Positions 9,550 to 18,689 of a DNA stretch of 42,104 nt are shown piece after piece. The stretch is taken from positions 1 to 42,104 of the IMG/VR virus record IMGVR_UViG_3300027828_000051. One strand, written 5' to 3'. Position 1 is the stretch's first letter, and each line of letters begins with the position of its first letter. Origin of the DNA: a virus (Duplodnaviria > Caudoviricetes). Under the pieces are notes generated by a model. It was not told where the DNA came from and did no database searches. It saw only the letters and a list, made by a program, of their open reading frames with translations. Made by a program: the position numbers and the translations under genes.

Positions 9550-9999
9550 TTAGTCATCCGCATCTAAGTTTACAGTTACATTTGTACACTGATACTCGGT
9601 TAAAAATACACTTACGAAAGCAGGAAGGGGATAGTCCCCGTTCCAGTTAGCTTCACTGTTAAGCTGTTCTCTCCATTTAGAGAGATTAAAGCTTCCTGCT
9701 CCTTTTGTAAGTGAGTTACTATCATCTTCAAACTCGGTGAAGTTATCAACGAAATAGAAAGCAAACTCTATTTGCGCTTTTTTGACATTTTCATCGGTGA
9801 GAGTACTGTCCAAACAATAACCATTCTTTGTTAGAAGGTAGTTGTAGGCCATGATTAAGTATGTCTCTTTTGATGGTTCACCAGCAGCGCTGGGAGTCTC
9901 ATCCAAATTAAACCATTCCTGTGTACCTACCCTATCTGTCAAATAATCGTCCGCCTCGGCGACTGTTGCCCAGGAGTTCTCACCAACTACTAATGCCAT
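9550..9999 (-). CDS. Head-tail adaptor (DnaT-like family)
   Basis: NSWATVAEADDYL and VKKAQIE motifs; directly after the capsid gene. Confidence 0.75.
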   Translation of the reverse strand: MALVVGENSWATVAEADDYLTDRVGTQEWFNLDETPSAAGEPSKETYLIMAYNYLLTKNGYCLDSTLTDENVKKAQIEFAFYFVDNFTEFEDDSNSLTKGAGSFNLSKWREQLNSEANWNGDYPLPAFVSVFLTEYQCTNVTVNLDADD

Positions 10000-10012
10000 A
10001 GATAATCACCCC

Positions 10013-11059
10013 CTATGCGAATGAAAGCTCAGCAGTCTGATCGGAATCAGCTACAATAGCACCAAACGCAGTGAAAGAAGACTTCAACCAAGAAAGGTTA
10101 TCCGGGTTCTGTCTCTCGAATGATTTCTCATCCATGTAAACAGAGTTCTGGATTTTATTTCCAGGAAGAACGAGTATTGCTTTATTTGCAGGAATAGCAG
10201 AGTTGTAAGTATATCTCACATCAATCTGAGAATCGATAAGAGTTGTACCCTGATTGCTACCTCTAACAACATCAGCTGAAGTTGCTCTGAAAGCTGCGTT
10301 AATACGCTGTCTCAGATTGGGGGATGCATAAAGAATCTGTCTTGCGTTAGCGGTATCACCGTAACCAGAATCTTTAGTTGCTTCACCAATTGTGTTATAT
10401 CCAACGTTTAAGGTCTGGATATCACGGTCAATAGTTTTATCTTCCGCTACTCCCTGCCATGCAACAGTATTAAGAGCACCAGCAGCAGCCAAAAGACCGT
10501 AGTGAAGATCTGCATATTCCTTCATTCTTTTCGCTCTGAAATCCATCATAGCGTTGTAGAAGTTAGCAAGATCTCTACCTTCCATAGTCTTCCATGAAAT
10601 CTCAAGGCCAGAACCATAAAGATCAACAGAAGCTTTGACAGTAGTACCTTCGATTCTAGCATATCTTACTTTTTCACCTTCTTCAAGGATCTGAAGTATA
10701 ACACCAGAAGTTACTGTACCAATTGTCCATTCCAACTGACCTTTTCTCAGAGGAACACTTCGGAAAGCTTCCTGCCAGAACATATCAAAGTTGGGAGTTT
10801 CCTGAAAAGCGTTCCACACATTAGTGGTTATCTTATCAAGATCAGTGGACCCAGTGAAAGCCTGTATAGCTTTCTTATCATTCAGAGGAGAATAAGAAGC
10901 AAGAAGCATCTCGTGGATACTCTTACCTACAAAAGCCTGAACCTGCTTAGTAGTGTATTTTCTTTTCCCTTTCTTTGTTTCTAGAACAAAGGAATCGTCT
11001 CCGCTGTCATTCAGATAGCAGACCATTTCAAATAGTCTATCGAGCTGTTTGTTTTTCAT
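10013..11059 (-). CDS. Major capsid protein (HK97 fold)
   Basis: 348 aa; strong GGAGGT SD; EEGEKV...YGSGLEISW pattern; position after the scaffold and decoration genes. Confidence 0.8.
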   Translation of the reverse strand: MKNKQLDRLFEMVCYLNDSGDDSFVLETKKGKRKYTTKQVQAFVGKSIHEMLLASYSPLNDKKAIQAFTGSTDLDKITTNVWNAFQETPNFDMFWQEAFRSVPLRKGQLEWTIGTVTSGVILQILEEGEKVRYARIEGTTVKASVDLYGSGLEISWKTMEGRDLANFYNAMMDFRAKRMKEYADLHYGLLAAAGALNTVAWQGVAEDKTIDRDIQTLNVGYNTIGEATKDSGYGDTANARQILYASPNLRQRINAAFRATSADVVRGSNQGTTLIDSQIDVRYTYNSAIPANKAILVLPGNKIQNSVYMDEKSFERQNPDNLSWLKSSFTAFGAIVADSDQTAELSFA

Positions 11060-11069
11060 CGTCTACCTC

Positions 11070-11420
11070 CTATAGTTTGGCATACGCAAGTGTTCCGTCA
11101 AATCTCATATTGACATGAGTATCTGCAGAAGCTACGTCTTCATTAGCGAATCCAATAAGGATGTCTCCAGTGGTTGCTACATTTTTATTTGCAGTAACCC
11201 AGAATAGAGCTGCACCAGAAGTGATTGCTCCAACGGCCTTAGCCGCTTTCACCTTTGCTGATTTTACTATACCAGCATAGTCGTATGTGTCTAACACATC
11301 GACAAGGGGAAATATATTGACTTCATTGAGAGTCAACAGATCGCCAGCTACCAGATCGGCACCAGCTGTAGATCGCAGTTCCTCGTAATGAGGAGACTGA
11401 TTGTCAAGATTTTTAGCCAT
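11070..11420 (-). CDS. Capsid decoration/cement protein (DUF2190-like)
   Basis: AVGAITSGAALFW...IGFA pattern; ATG at 11420 after GGAGG. Confidence 0.7.
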   Translation of the reverse strand: MAKNLDNQSPHYEELRSTAGADLVAGDLLTLNEVNIFPLVDVLDTYDYAGIVKSAKVKAAKAVGAITSGAALFWVTANKNVATTGDILIGFANEDVASADTHVNMRFDGTLAYAKL

Positions 11421-11435
11421 CTTGTCCTCCAAAAA

Positions 11436-12506
11436 TTATTCTTCCAGAAAGGCGTCATCAATACTAACTTCGCCGTCATCTCCTGGTATATCATCCTCAT
11501 CCTCATTAGGAGTAGTATCATCTTTGGCAGTACCAAACATTTTAGCCATCTCCTGGAACTCAGATTTACCTGTTTTAATGAACTCATCAATAGCAGTTTC
11601 ACTTAAATCATCCATTTTATCTGGATCGAACCTGTTAGTAATGAACTCTTTCTGCTTATCAGTAGTGCCTCTCGGCATTCTCTTTGTAAGCATGTCTTTA
11701 GCTGTAGATTTCTGTGTGACCTTCTCAGCCTTATCCGCTCTTTCTTTTTCAGTACCAAGTTCTTTCTCAAGAGTCTTGATCTTGTCAGCAAACTCAGTAC
11801 GTTCTTTAAAAACGTTTTCAAAGTTTCTGTCTTTCTGAATGTCATCCTCACTAAACAATTGGCTTGGATGCATCTGTCTAGCCTGTGCGGCTTGCTGGAT
11901 AAGTGATATTGGTGCACTCATCAAATCTTCTAAAGTTATCATGGTTTTCTCCTTCTCCAGGTGAGCTGGTTCTACCGGCTCTGTAAAACATTGTACTATC
12001 TGCATTCTCTTAGCATTCTTAAATGCAGGCTGATCGATTTTGCTAGATGAAACGGCAATTCCAGTGACTCGATCTACATCACCAACAATACCATTTTCTT
12101 CCCAGACATTTGCTTCTATTGAGCAGATGTCATATACTAAGGAGTCAGCTTTCTCCATGGCTGCAATTGCTACAGCTCGAAGTTTGCCTTTAATCTCCGT
12201 TGTAAACGTTGTAATAACTTCACCAACTGATTTTCTACCAGATGTTGAATTATCCTCGTTATGTCTGTTAAAAAGTTTAACACCCGTCTTAACAGATTCT
12301 TTAACTCTCCGAACTACCGCTCTCGGCCACGTCAGGTTTTGGTTTCCTTCCCCGATCACTACTGGATGACTCTCGCCCTCCTCCGCTATCGTGTAGGCCA
12401 CTAAGTTTTTTCCCTTTGCGGCTTTTACCTGATCCTTTGTCAGCTGAGCCGTCAGCTCCTGCTGAGTTATTTCTGACGTGTTTGCTTGGATTATTATCTT
12501 CATCAT
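11436..12506 (-). CDS. Prohead protease/scaffold protein
   Basis: N-terminal His...CSIE...QPAF protease-like region and a charged coiled-coil C-terminus. Likely start MMKIII at 12506 after AAGGAG. Confidence 0.7.
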   Translation of the reverse strand: MMKIIIQANTSEITQQELTAQLTKDQVKAAKGKNLVAYTIAEEGESHPVVIGEGNQNLTWPRAVVRRVKESVKTGVKLFNRHNEDNSTSGRKSVGEVITTFTTEIKGKLRAVAIAAMEKADSLVYDICSIEANVWEENGIVGDVDRVTGIAVSSSKIDQPAFKNAKRMQIVQCFTEPVEPAHLEKEKTMITLEDLMSAPISLIQQAAQARQMHPSQLFSEDDIQKDRNFENVFKERTEFADKIKTLEKELGTEKERADKAEKVTQKSTAKDMLTKRMPRGTTDKQKEFITNRFDPDKMDDLSETAIDEFIKTGKSEFQEMAKMFGTAKDDTTPNEDEDDIPGDDGEVSIDDAFLEE

Positions 12507-12750
12507 CAAGCTCCTTAAAGAAAATACTTTCGAGGTACTTAGTAAGTTTAGAAATGAAATCTTTATGATCAACTCTATCATAAAACTTCTTAAACTTACC
12601 GTCAGGAAAGTTGATTTCTCTGTCTTTCTCAATGGCACTTAGATAAGGTAGAGTGACCCTGTTTCTGTGCTTATCGATCTGTTCTACTTTAGCAATAACA
12701 ACTTTTCCTTTAGTATCACAGACCTTAAGTGGCAGATTGTAAGATTTCAT
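12301..12750 (-). CDS. Hypothetical protein overlapping the protease gene by about 200 nt
   Basis: AAGGAAGG SD before ATG 12750; fills the gap after the small basic ORF. Confidence 0.55.
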   Translation of the reverse strand: MKSYNLPLKVCDTKGKVVIAKVEQIDKHRNRVTLPYLSAIEKDREINFPDGKFKKFYDRVDHKDFISKLTKYLESIFFKELDDEDNNPSKHVRNNSAGADGSADKGSGKSRKGKKLSGLHDSGGGRESSSSDRGRKPKPDVAESGSSES

Positions 12751-12765
12751 TTCTGAACCTTCCTT

Positions 12766-12912
12766 TTACTTCTTGTCTTTGTCTTCTTTGTCTTTTGCCA
12801 AAGAAATGTTCTTTTTCTCAGTCTTTGCTCTAGCATCAGCTGACTTTTTGTTTTCTCGTTCTTTCTTTTTCTTTAAGAACTCACGAGAATCTTTAATTCT
12901 TATTACTGGCAT
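12766..12912 (-). CDS. Small Lys-rich protein (48 aa)
   Basis: GAGGAGG SD inside the portal 3' end; ATG at 12912 (MPVIRIK...). Confidence 0.55.
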   Translation of the reverse strand: MPVIRIKDSREFLKKKKERENKKSADARAKTEKKNISLAKDKEDKDKK

Positions 12913-14293
12913 CGTCTTCCTCCTCAGGAACTTCATCGTCTTCTTCGTCAATTTTTAATTTTGACTTATTAACTGTTGGTTCTGCAGCTTCTTCCTTTTC
13001 AATTAACTCTTTCTCTCTGATAGGATCAATTCCCGGAACTTGGTTTCTATATGTTCCTTCAGAAATAATGCCATCACCAAACAACATGGAGTAAGCCTTA
13101 ATCATGGATTCAAACTTACCTAAATCCATCATAGGTAGTTTAATTTCAAAGTCTTCAGTGACCTCTGTTATTAAGCTTCCACCACTATCAATGTGTATCT
13201 GTTGCATCTCAATATATGCTTGTCTCAGACCGTCCTCAATAGCACCTCTTTCAGATTTCGTACCATTGTCTACCATCTGGAAAAGCTCAGCTGCTGTGGC
13301 TCTGTTGGACATTTGATCTACCCATCCGAACCAATGAACTGGAAGAGAAGTATCTCCTGCAATTGTTTTCAGGTTGGATGTCATTTCTTTAAGTAGACCG
13401 TCATGTGCTCCTGTTGATGGAACTTCATATCTGAACTTAGCAGTACCAATAAATGCATCACCAATTTTCCATTTGTTTGATTCTAAAAACGTCTTAACAG
13501 CCTTTACTTCAGAAGCGTTCTTACATTCAAATGTAGGAGTGATTCTAGCACAGTGATGGTTCAATCTACGCATATCTTTAAGAGCTCTGTCGTAGTCTTC
13601 ACACTCAGTTAAGGATATACCAACTTTAGTTGTTGGATAATCGTCAAAACATCCGTATCCCCCAGTTCTAATATATACTGGATGACTGACTTTTGTTTCG
13701 ACTCTTTTCTTATCTTTAATAAGTGATATTCCTTTGATTTCAAAAGGGAACAAAGGATGCTTAAGGTCTGGAACATAATAGTTCTTTCCTCTGCCACTTC
13801 CATTAACGATTCCAATAAGTGGGATCTTTAATTCATCACTATTGTCTGGTATCATTGTAAGAACAGCATAACCAGACATTTCTGTAGTATTTGATATATC
13901 TGTAGCTCGAGTTGAGCCTAGTCTGTTCTTCAGTGTTATCTTATCAAATAATTCTTTATGACTTTCACGTACATCTTCTCCAAGGTTAATAGAAACACCT
14001 TCACCAGAAATAAAGGCAGATCTCATGTCAACAACCGCTCTTACTTGATCGTTTCCATACTCATCTTCACCACAATATTTCTTATATGTCCTTAATACCT
14101 GAGAACTGTACGTTGTATACTCGTTAGACGTCCCTGAGACTCCACCAGAGACACGGCGACCTGTAAGGAGAGAGTCAAGTTCAACATCGTACTTCTCTCC
14201 CTCACCGAGTGACATGGCCTGTATAGCAAGTTTCCTGTCTCCAGTGGACATTGCTTGAACCTGTTTTAAGGCTTTCTTTTCTTTCCTTGTCAT
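12893..14293 (-). CDS. Portal protein
   Basis: 466 aa, between terminase and protease genes; LPVHWFG...SNRATA motif; acidic tail. Confidence 0.8.
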   Translation of the reverse strand: MTRKEKKALKQVQAMSTGDRKLAIQAMSLGEGEKYDVELDSLLTGRRVSGGVSGTSNEYTTYSSQVLRTYKKYCGEDEYGNDQVRAVVDMRSAFISGEGVSINLGEDVRESHKELFDKITLKNRLGSTRATDISNTTEMSGYAVLTMIPDNSDELKIPLIGIVNGSGRGKNYYVPDLKHPLFPFEIKGISLIKDKKRVETKVSHPVYIRTGGYGCFDDYPTTKVGISLTECEDYDRALKDMRRLNHHCARITPTFECKNASEVKAVKTFLESNKWKIGDAFIGTAKFRYEVPSTGAHDGLLKEMTSNLKTIAGDTSLPVHWFGWVDQMSNRATAAELFQMVDNGTKSERGAIEDGLRQAYIEMQQIHIDSGGSLITEVTEDFEIKLPMMDLGKFESMIKAYSMLFGDGIISEGTYRNQVPGIDPIREKELIEKEEAAEPTVNKSKLKIDEEDDEVPEEEDDASNKN

Positions 14294-15090
14294 TATTCAC
14301 TTTCCTCAGCAAGAAGTTCTTCATAATTCTCAATATCAAACATTTTTACCCATAATAAACTTGAGAAGTTACCTGACTGAGTAGAATTAACAACTAAACA
14401 AAGATCTGTTCCGGGTGATATATATTCTCTATTACCCTCTGGCCATTCAGGTTCAGTTAAGAAACCATCTTCATCAAGTTCTCCTACATTCAGCCACGAT
14501 TCATCAATGCTATTTCTAGCCATTAGCTTTGCTACTGAACCCTGATTTCCTGATTGAGGATATACTCCGAGTTTCACAAACTCAGCATATTTATTAGCAG
14601 GACATCTCCAGATAGCCATCTGAGTTTGTCCTTTATTAGCTTGAATATAAGCCATGATCTTTGTGGGCTCTGCCTTTGAACGGATCGTGATGGCTCCATC
14701 ATTTGCTCCGTCAATTGGCAGATTGTTTCCATCATTCCATGCATTGGGGTTTATTGTTCTTGCTCTGTATATGATAACAAACTTCTCAGTGAACTCAACG
14801 GGAGTTGCTCCGTCAATCTGGACAGTATCTGTCTTCTCAAGTCCGTCTTCACCTTGTCCAGTGACCTCTACAATATAAGTACCTGAGCCACCAATTGTAT
14901 CATTAGCAGATGCTGAGAAACATTCAACAGTTTGTTCTGTTTTGAACCATGCATCATATGATGGTCGTCCTACAGCACCGTTACCACCATCCCACATTAC
15001 TGCTTCACCAGTGACACCCGTTATTCTTGCGAACTTACGGACATTATTTCTATATCCTCTTGATCCAAAGTTTACTAAGTCATCAGACAT
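14293..15090 (-). CDS. Uncharacterised beta-rich protein between terminase and portal
   Basis: Intact 265-aa ORF with AGGAG SD; Gly/Thr-rich composition like a virion protein. Confidence 0.7.
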   Translation of the reverse strand: MSDDLVNFGSRGYRNNVRKFARITGVTGEAVMWDGGNGAVGRPSYDAWFKTEQTVECFSASANDTIGGSGTYIVEVTGQGEDGLEKTDTVQIDGATPVEFTEKFVIIYRARTINPNAWNDGNNLPIDGANDGAITIRSKAEPTKIMAYIQANKGQTQMAIWRCPANKYAEFVKLGVYPQSGNQGSVAKLMARNSIDESWLNVGELDEDGFLTEPEWPEGNREYISPGTDLCLVVNSTQSGNFSSLLWVKMFDIENYEELLAEESE

Positions 15091-15098
15091 ATATTCTC

Positions 15099-16469
15099 CT
15101 ATACAACATTAGCACTGTCCATACCATAATCAGTCTCAGACAAGTAGTTGTATGCACCAGCAGCACCGTCTCCCTGATCATCATGACCAGGTTGACTTCC
15201 ATCAGTTAATGATTCCATCTCATTAAGAAATGCTCTGTTCCAGTCACCTCTTAATAGTTTTATTTTACCCTTGGTAGATGCTCTAGAAAGAGGCTTCCAA
15301 CAAGTTAATTTACTCTTTGTTTTATTGGCAATATGAACGTCTACGGTATCTGAGAACTTAACCTCATAATCATATACTTCTTTCTTACCAGATGCCCCAG
15401 GTTCCTGTTCAAGTCCTAAGACACAATCTTCACCATCAAGATCTACACAATATGTGATAAGATCTTCCACTTCTCCAGGTCCAACACGGTCTCGGGCAAC
15501 ATCAAGAATGATGTAATAACCTTGAACCATTTCTGCCATCATAACTCCAGCAGTCCAGTCGGGATCGGTGTTCTCTTCACTTGGTTCTGTAGCAGCTCTG
15601 TCCCAATATCTAATGACTCGAAGTATATCGTCCGAGTCAATGTCATCCAGTATCTCAAAGTCCTTTCGTTTGAATAACTCTCCTGCTGTAGGTCGAGCAA
15701 ACCAATTTCCTTTAAGTCGTTTCTTTTCATAATCAAGCAGGGCTTCAATATTGCTCTCATAATCTGGGTCCAGCTCCATTAGAATCTTGTTATCTGTTAA
15801 ATCAGACATAATAAAGGTAAATGATTTAGGTCTGGATTTATGTCCAAAATCCTCAACCAATTCTTCCTTAGTATCAGCCCAATGAACAATACCTTCTTTA
15901 CGTACAAACCACCTGATAATGCCAGAACGTTCCTTAATAGGATCCCCTGTTTCCTGATCAATCCACCAAGACAACAGGTCAAGTAAAAAGCTATCGGGGT
16001 TCGGGTTACAAGTACCTCTGATATAAGGTCTTACACCACATGTTGATCTGTTCCTTGACAGCATGTACCAGAATTGTTTTTCGGTAAAATGCTGTAATTC
16101 ATCAAACATAATAAGAGGGATCTGTGAACCATCCCATTGTCTCATATGCTTCTCAAGTTGCATATGACTAAACGTTATTTTAGCACCAGAGGGAAACCTT
16201 GCGGTATGACGTGGGTTCTCAACAAATGTTGCTCCCATGCCTCCATATATCTCTTGTGCTGTGTCCCAAGGACCACCTTCATTTGTGATTTGGGATGATT
16301 CTCTCCTGAATATGACAGCTCCGAACTGCTTATTGTCAATATGTCGGATTGCCTCTAACAGTTCCCCAAATGTTTTTCCTCCACCTGCAGCACCACCGTA
16401 AATGCATATGTCAGCAGATGTTGAAAGGAATAATTCCTGAGGACCAGGCTGGGGTTTAAGCTCTATCAT
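15099..16469 (-). CDS. terL: Terminase large subunit
   Basis: Walker A GGAAGGGKT, Walker B IMFDEL, TCNP coupling motif, and RYWD / HDDQGD nuclease motifs. Confidence 0.95.
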   Translation of the reverse strand: MIELKPQPGPQELFLSTSADICIYGGAAGGGKTFGELLEAIRHIDNKQFGAVIFRRESSQITNEGGPWDTAQEIYGGMGATFVENPRHTARFPSGAKITFSHMQLEKHMRQWDGSQIPLIMFDELQHFTEKQFWYMLSRNRSTCGVRPYIRGTCNPNPDSFLLDLLSWWIDQETGDPIKERSGIIRWFVRKEGIVHWADTKEELVEDFGHKSRPKSFTFIMSDLTDNKILMELDPDYESNIEALLDYEKKRLKGNWFARPTAGELFKRKDFEILDDIDSDDILRVIRYWDRAATEPSEENTDPDWTAGVMMAEMVQGYYIILDVARDRVGPGEVEDLITYCVDLDGEDCVLGLEQEPGASGKKEVYDYEVKFSDTVDVHIANKTKSKLTCWKPLSRASTKGKIKLLRGDWNRAFLNEMESLTDGSQPGHDDQGDGAAGAYNYLSETDYGMDSANVV

Positions 16470-16569
16470 TTCTCTTCGTAAAGTACCACATAATCATGTC
16501 TATATTGTACCGGATCTTATATGATTTATTAGCTTCCTGTAGTAACGACGGTAATGGCTTATATCTCAT
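16456..16569 (-). CDS. 37-aa ORF between terS and terL (absent from the ORF track)
   Basis: GGGAGGG SD, then ATG directly after the terS stop: MRYKPLPSLLQEANKSYKIRYNIDMIMWYFTKRNDRA. Its stop overlaps the terL start region. Confidence 0.5.
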   Translation of the reverse strand: MRYKPLPSLLQEANKSYKIRYNIDMIMWYFTKRNDRA

Positions 16570-16920
16570 TTAGTCCCTCCCGTTTGCAGGCAGATAGACA
16601 AGAACTTTACCGTTGTCTTTTCCGTCGTCATCATCTGTCTTAAACGTTTTATTCCATTTCTTATTGAGCCTTTCAAGCTTCCACTGTACTGCTTGAGAAT
16701 TACCCTTTGCTACGGCAACATCCATGGCAGTATTTAGTTTCTTTAATAAGTCAATCTCCTCCATTCTGATCTCGAAGTCAATATTATTTTGAAACTCAGT
16801 ATCTTCTTTAGCCAGTGTCATTTCTTCTTCTGTAAAGTCGACCTGCATCATGGCTCTTAAAGGATCTATCCCAAGACGTACAAACTGGAGAGCAAATGTC
16901 TTTTTATCCTCAAAGTCCAT
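16570..16920 (-). CDS. terS: Terminase small subunit
   Basis: AVQWKLER helix and VLVYLPANGRD C-terminus typical of TerS; ATG at 16920 after GAGG. Confidence 0.8.
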   Translation of the reverse strand: MDFEDKKTFALQFVRLGIDPLRAMMQVDFTEEEMTLAKEDTEFQNNIDFEIRMEEIDLLKKLNTAMDVAVAKGNSQAVQWKLERLNKKWNKTFKTDDDDGKDNGKVLVYLPANGRD

Positions 16921-16957
16921 ACTGTCCTCTTGTTCATCTATACAACTATATACATAT

Positions 16958-16986
16958 ATTATACTACGACTATTGATACTAATCAA
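16958..16986 (-). promoter_or_regulatory. sigma70-type promoter for the packaging/structural operon
   Basis: TTGATT-17 nt-TATAAT upstream of terS. Confidence 0.6.
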
Positions 16987-17037
16987 CAGAGCTAAAAAAG
17001 GAATTGAAAAATCTTTTTAGTATAAGTATTACTGCTC

Positions 17038-17065
17038 AAAAAAAGGCCTACCTTTCGGTAGACCC
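17038..17065 (-). terminator. Rho-independent terminator
   Basis: GGGTCTACC-GAAA-GGTAGGCC followed by T7, right after the upstream gene. Confidence 0.85.
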
Positions 17066-17073
17066 TTGAAGAT

Positions 17074-17532
17074 TTAAAGTTCTTCAGTTGCAGGAATATA
17101 TCCATCCCAATTTTCAGGTGGATATTCACCTTCACCCACGAGGATATACATTTCAGATTCTTTGTCGAATCTTACCCACGCACGGTCCTCAACGTTAGCA
17201 GGCTTCTTAATCCAGTTACGAATATATCCAGCCATTTCACGTTGTGCGACTTTGAACTCCATGAACAGATCAACATCAGATACCTGACCGTCCTCTTTAA
17301 TTTTTGTGAGGATCATTGATGCAGCAGAAGGACCTTTAGCAGCACGAGGTTTTTTCGTGGAAGCTTTGGTCAGCAATTCGATAGCAGCGAGCACATCTTC
17401 AGGAATCTGTTCCTTATCGATGTCAGCGAAAAACTCACGGACAGTTTTCTTAGCCTCATTTCTCAGTTCTTTCGCTTCAGCTTTCTTTGCTTTTCTTTCT
17501 TCTTTCATTTCTTCAGTTAATTCTTTTGCCAT
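17074..17532 (-). CDS. Highly charged hypothetical protein in its own transcription unit
   Basis: ATG at 17532 after AAGGAG; has its own promoter and terminator. Confidence 0.75.
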   Translation of the reverse strand: MAKELTEEMKEERKAKKAEAKELRNEAKKTVREFFADIDKEQIPEDVLAAIELLTKASTKKPRAAKGPSAASMILTKIKEDGQVSDVDLFMEFKVAQREMAGYIRNWIKKPANVEDRAWVRFDKESEMYILVGEGEYPPENWDGYIPATEEL

Positions 17533-17649
17533 TGTAGGCTCCTTGTTCATAAAACAATATTATCAGCACTATACAGTGTGATTTAAATCCCGTCCCTAAC
17601 ATGTTGTAAAAGATCGTATCAGTTTATTTATTTAATTGATCATAATACT

Positions 17650-17678
17650 ATATTAAGACTTATACTGATCAATGTCAA
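17650..17678 (-). promoter_or_regulatory. sigma70-type promoter
   Basis: TTGACA-17 nt-TAATAT followed by AGTATTAT, as in the plus-strand early promoters. Confidence 0.6.
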
Positions 17679-17731
17679 AGAAAACTTTAGCTATTTCTGA
17701 GGATTTATTATTTTATTCTAGATGCCGAAGC

Positions 17732-17747
17732 TGGCATGGTTATTGCT
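17732..17747 (+). promoter_or_regulatory. sigma54-like -24/-12 site
   Basis: TGGCATGGTTATTGCT (GG-N10-GC). Confidence 0.55.
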
Positions 17748-17770
17748 TATATGTCCTATGATCTGGGTCT

Positions 17771-17786
17771 AGCAATAAGTGAGCCA
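17771..17786 (-). promoter_or_regulatory. sigma54-like -24/-12 site, convergent with the previous one
   Basis: TGGCTCACTTATTGCT on the minus strand (GG-N10-GC). Confidence 0.45.
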
Positions 17787-17946
17787 GATTAGTTGGCATG
17801 GTTTTCCAGAGAGAAACAGACCTAGTAGTTAGGCTAGCTACGTGATCGCCGGCCAGCAGGCGGCTCGAGTGAGACACAATATCCAGCAGTGGCACCTTTT
17901 ATTTCTCTTGCCATTCCAGGCAGTACTTTCTCTGTGCAATATTGTA

Positions 17947-18279
17947 CAATATATGAAAAATCATATATAGCATATAGAATGCAATAATTGCCATTGTTGC
18001 CACGATGAATATTCATTATTGCCATTGTTAAATCGTTATATAGCAACGATTTATATGTAATCGTGGCATAAATGGCAATAATGCCAACAATCAAAGGTCG
18101 ATAAAAAGAGGGTCAAAATATAACACGTTCAAATAAAGTTGCCATTTGTGCCATTGTTGCCACGATGATCACGTAAATCGTTATATAGCAACGATTTAAC
18201 ATAATGGCAACTTTTCAATAATTCATGGCGAAAATGGCGATATTTAAATCATCATATGCAATATATGAAAAATCATATA
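17947..18279. repeat. AT-rich repeat/palindrome array, candidate replication origin
   Basis: CAATATATGAAAAATCATATA x2 (17947, 18259); TGCCATTGTTGCCACGATGA x2 (17989, 18149); palindrome TAAATCGTT-ATATAGC-AACGATTTA x2 (18029, 18174); many TGCCA/TGGCA copies. Confidence 0.75.
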
Positions 18280-18364
18280 CATCGATTTCAAAACCTGACC
18301 CATGGCATTTAACAGAGAACAATGGACAAGCCAGATAAATCCCAGATAATTCTAGACTTTCCTA

Positions 18365-18393
18365 TTGACAGAGCCACACATAAGCCTTATATT
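18365..18393 (+). promoter_or_regulatory. Early sigma70 promoter P1
   Basis: TTGACA-17 nt-TATATT, followed by AGTATTATAGGAGATACGAAATG. Confidence 0.8.
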
Positions 18394-18413
18394 AGTATTA
18401 TAGGAGATACGAA

Positions 18414-18686
18414 ATGAAGAAAAGAATAATTTACATGGCTACATTCTATGGTAAGAAACATGATCTTGAGATGTTTAAAAACTCAGGTGTTATGTTTCCC
18501 ACATACACTAACCTACAGCGAAACGTCAGAACGGAAGTGAAAGATGTTCCTGACAATAGAGTGTTTAACTCAGACCAATTGTTAGTCACTTGGTACTGTG
18601 AAACTGAGTGTAAGCAATCTGACTTATTCAATTTTAGTGAGATGCTCCTCTGGAGATGTAATATGATCGATTTCTACAGAGTCTAA
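18414..18686 (+). CDS. Hypothetical early protein (90 aa)
   Basis: AGGAG SD; first ORF after P1. Confidence 0.75.
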   Translation: MKKRIIYMATFYGKKHDLEMFKNSGVMFPTYTNLQRNVRTEVKDVPDNRVFNSDQLLVTWYCETECKQSDLFNFSEMLLWRCNMIDFYRV

Positions 18687-18689
18687 ATA

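Noticed and set aside
17834-18094. 86-aa minus-strand ORF in the control region
   Set aside because: It runs through the repeat array, has no clear start context and has non-protein-like composition.
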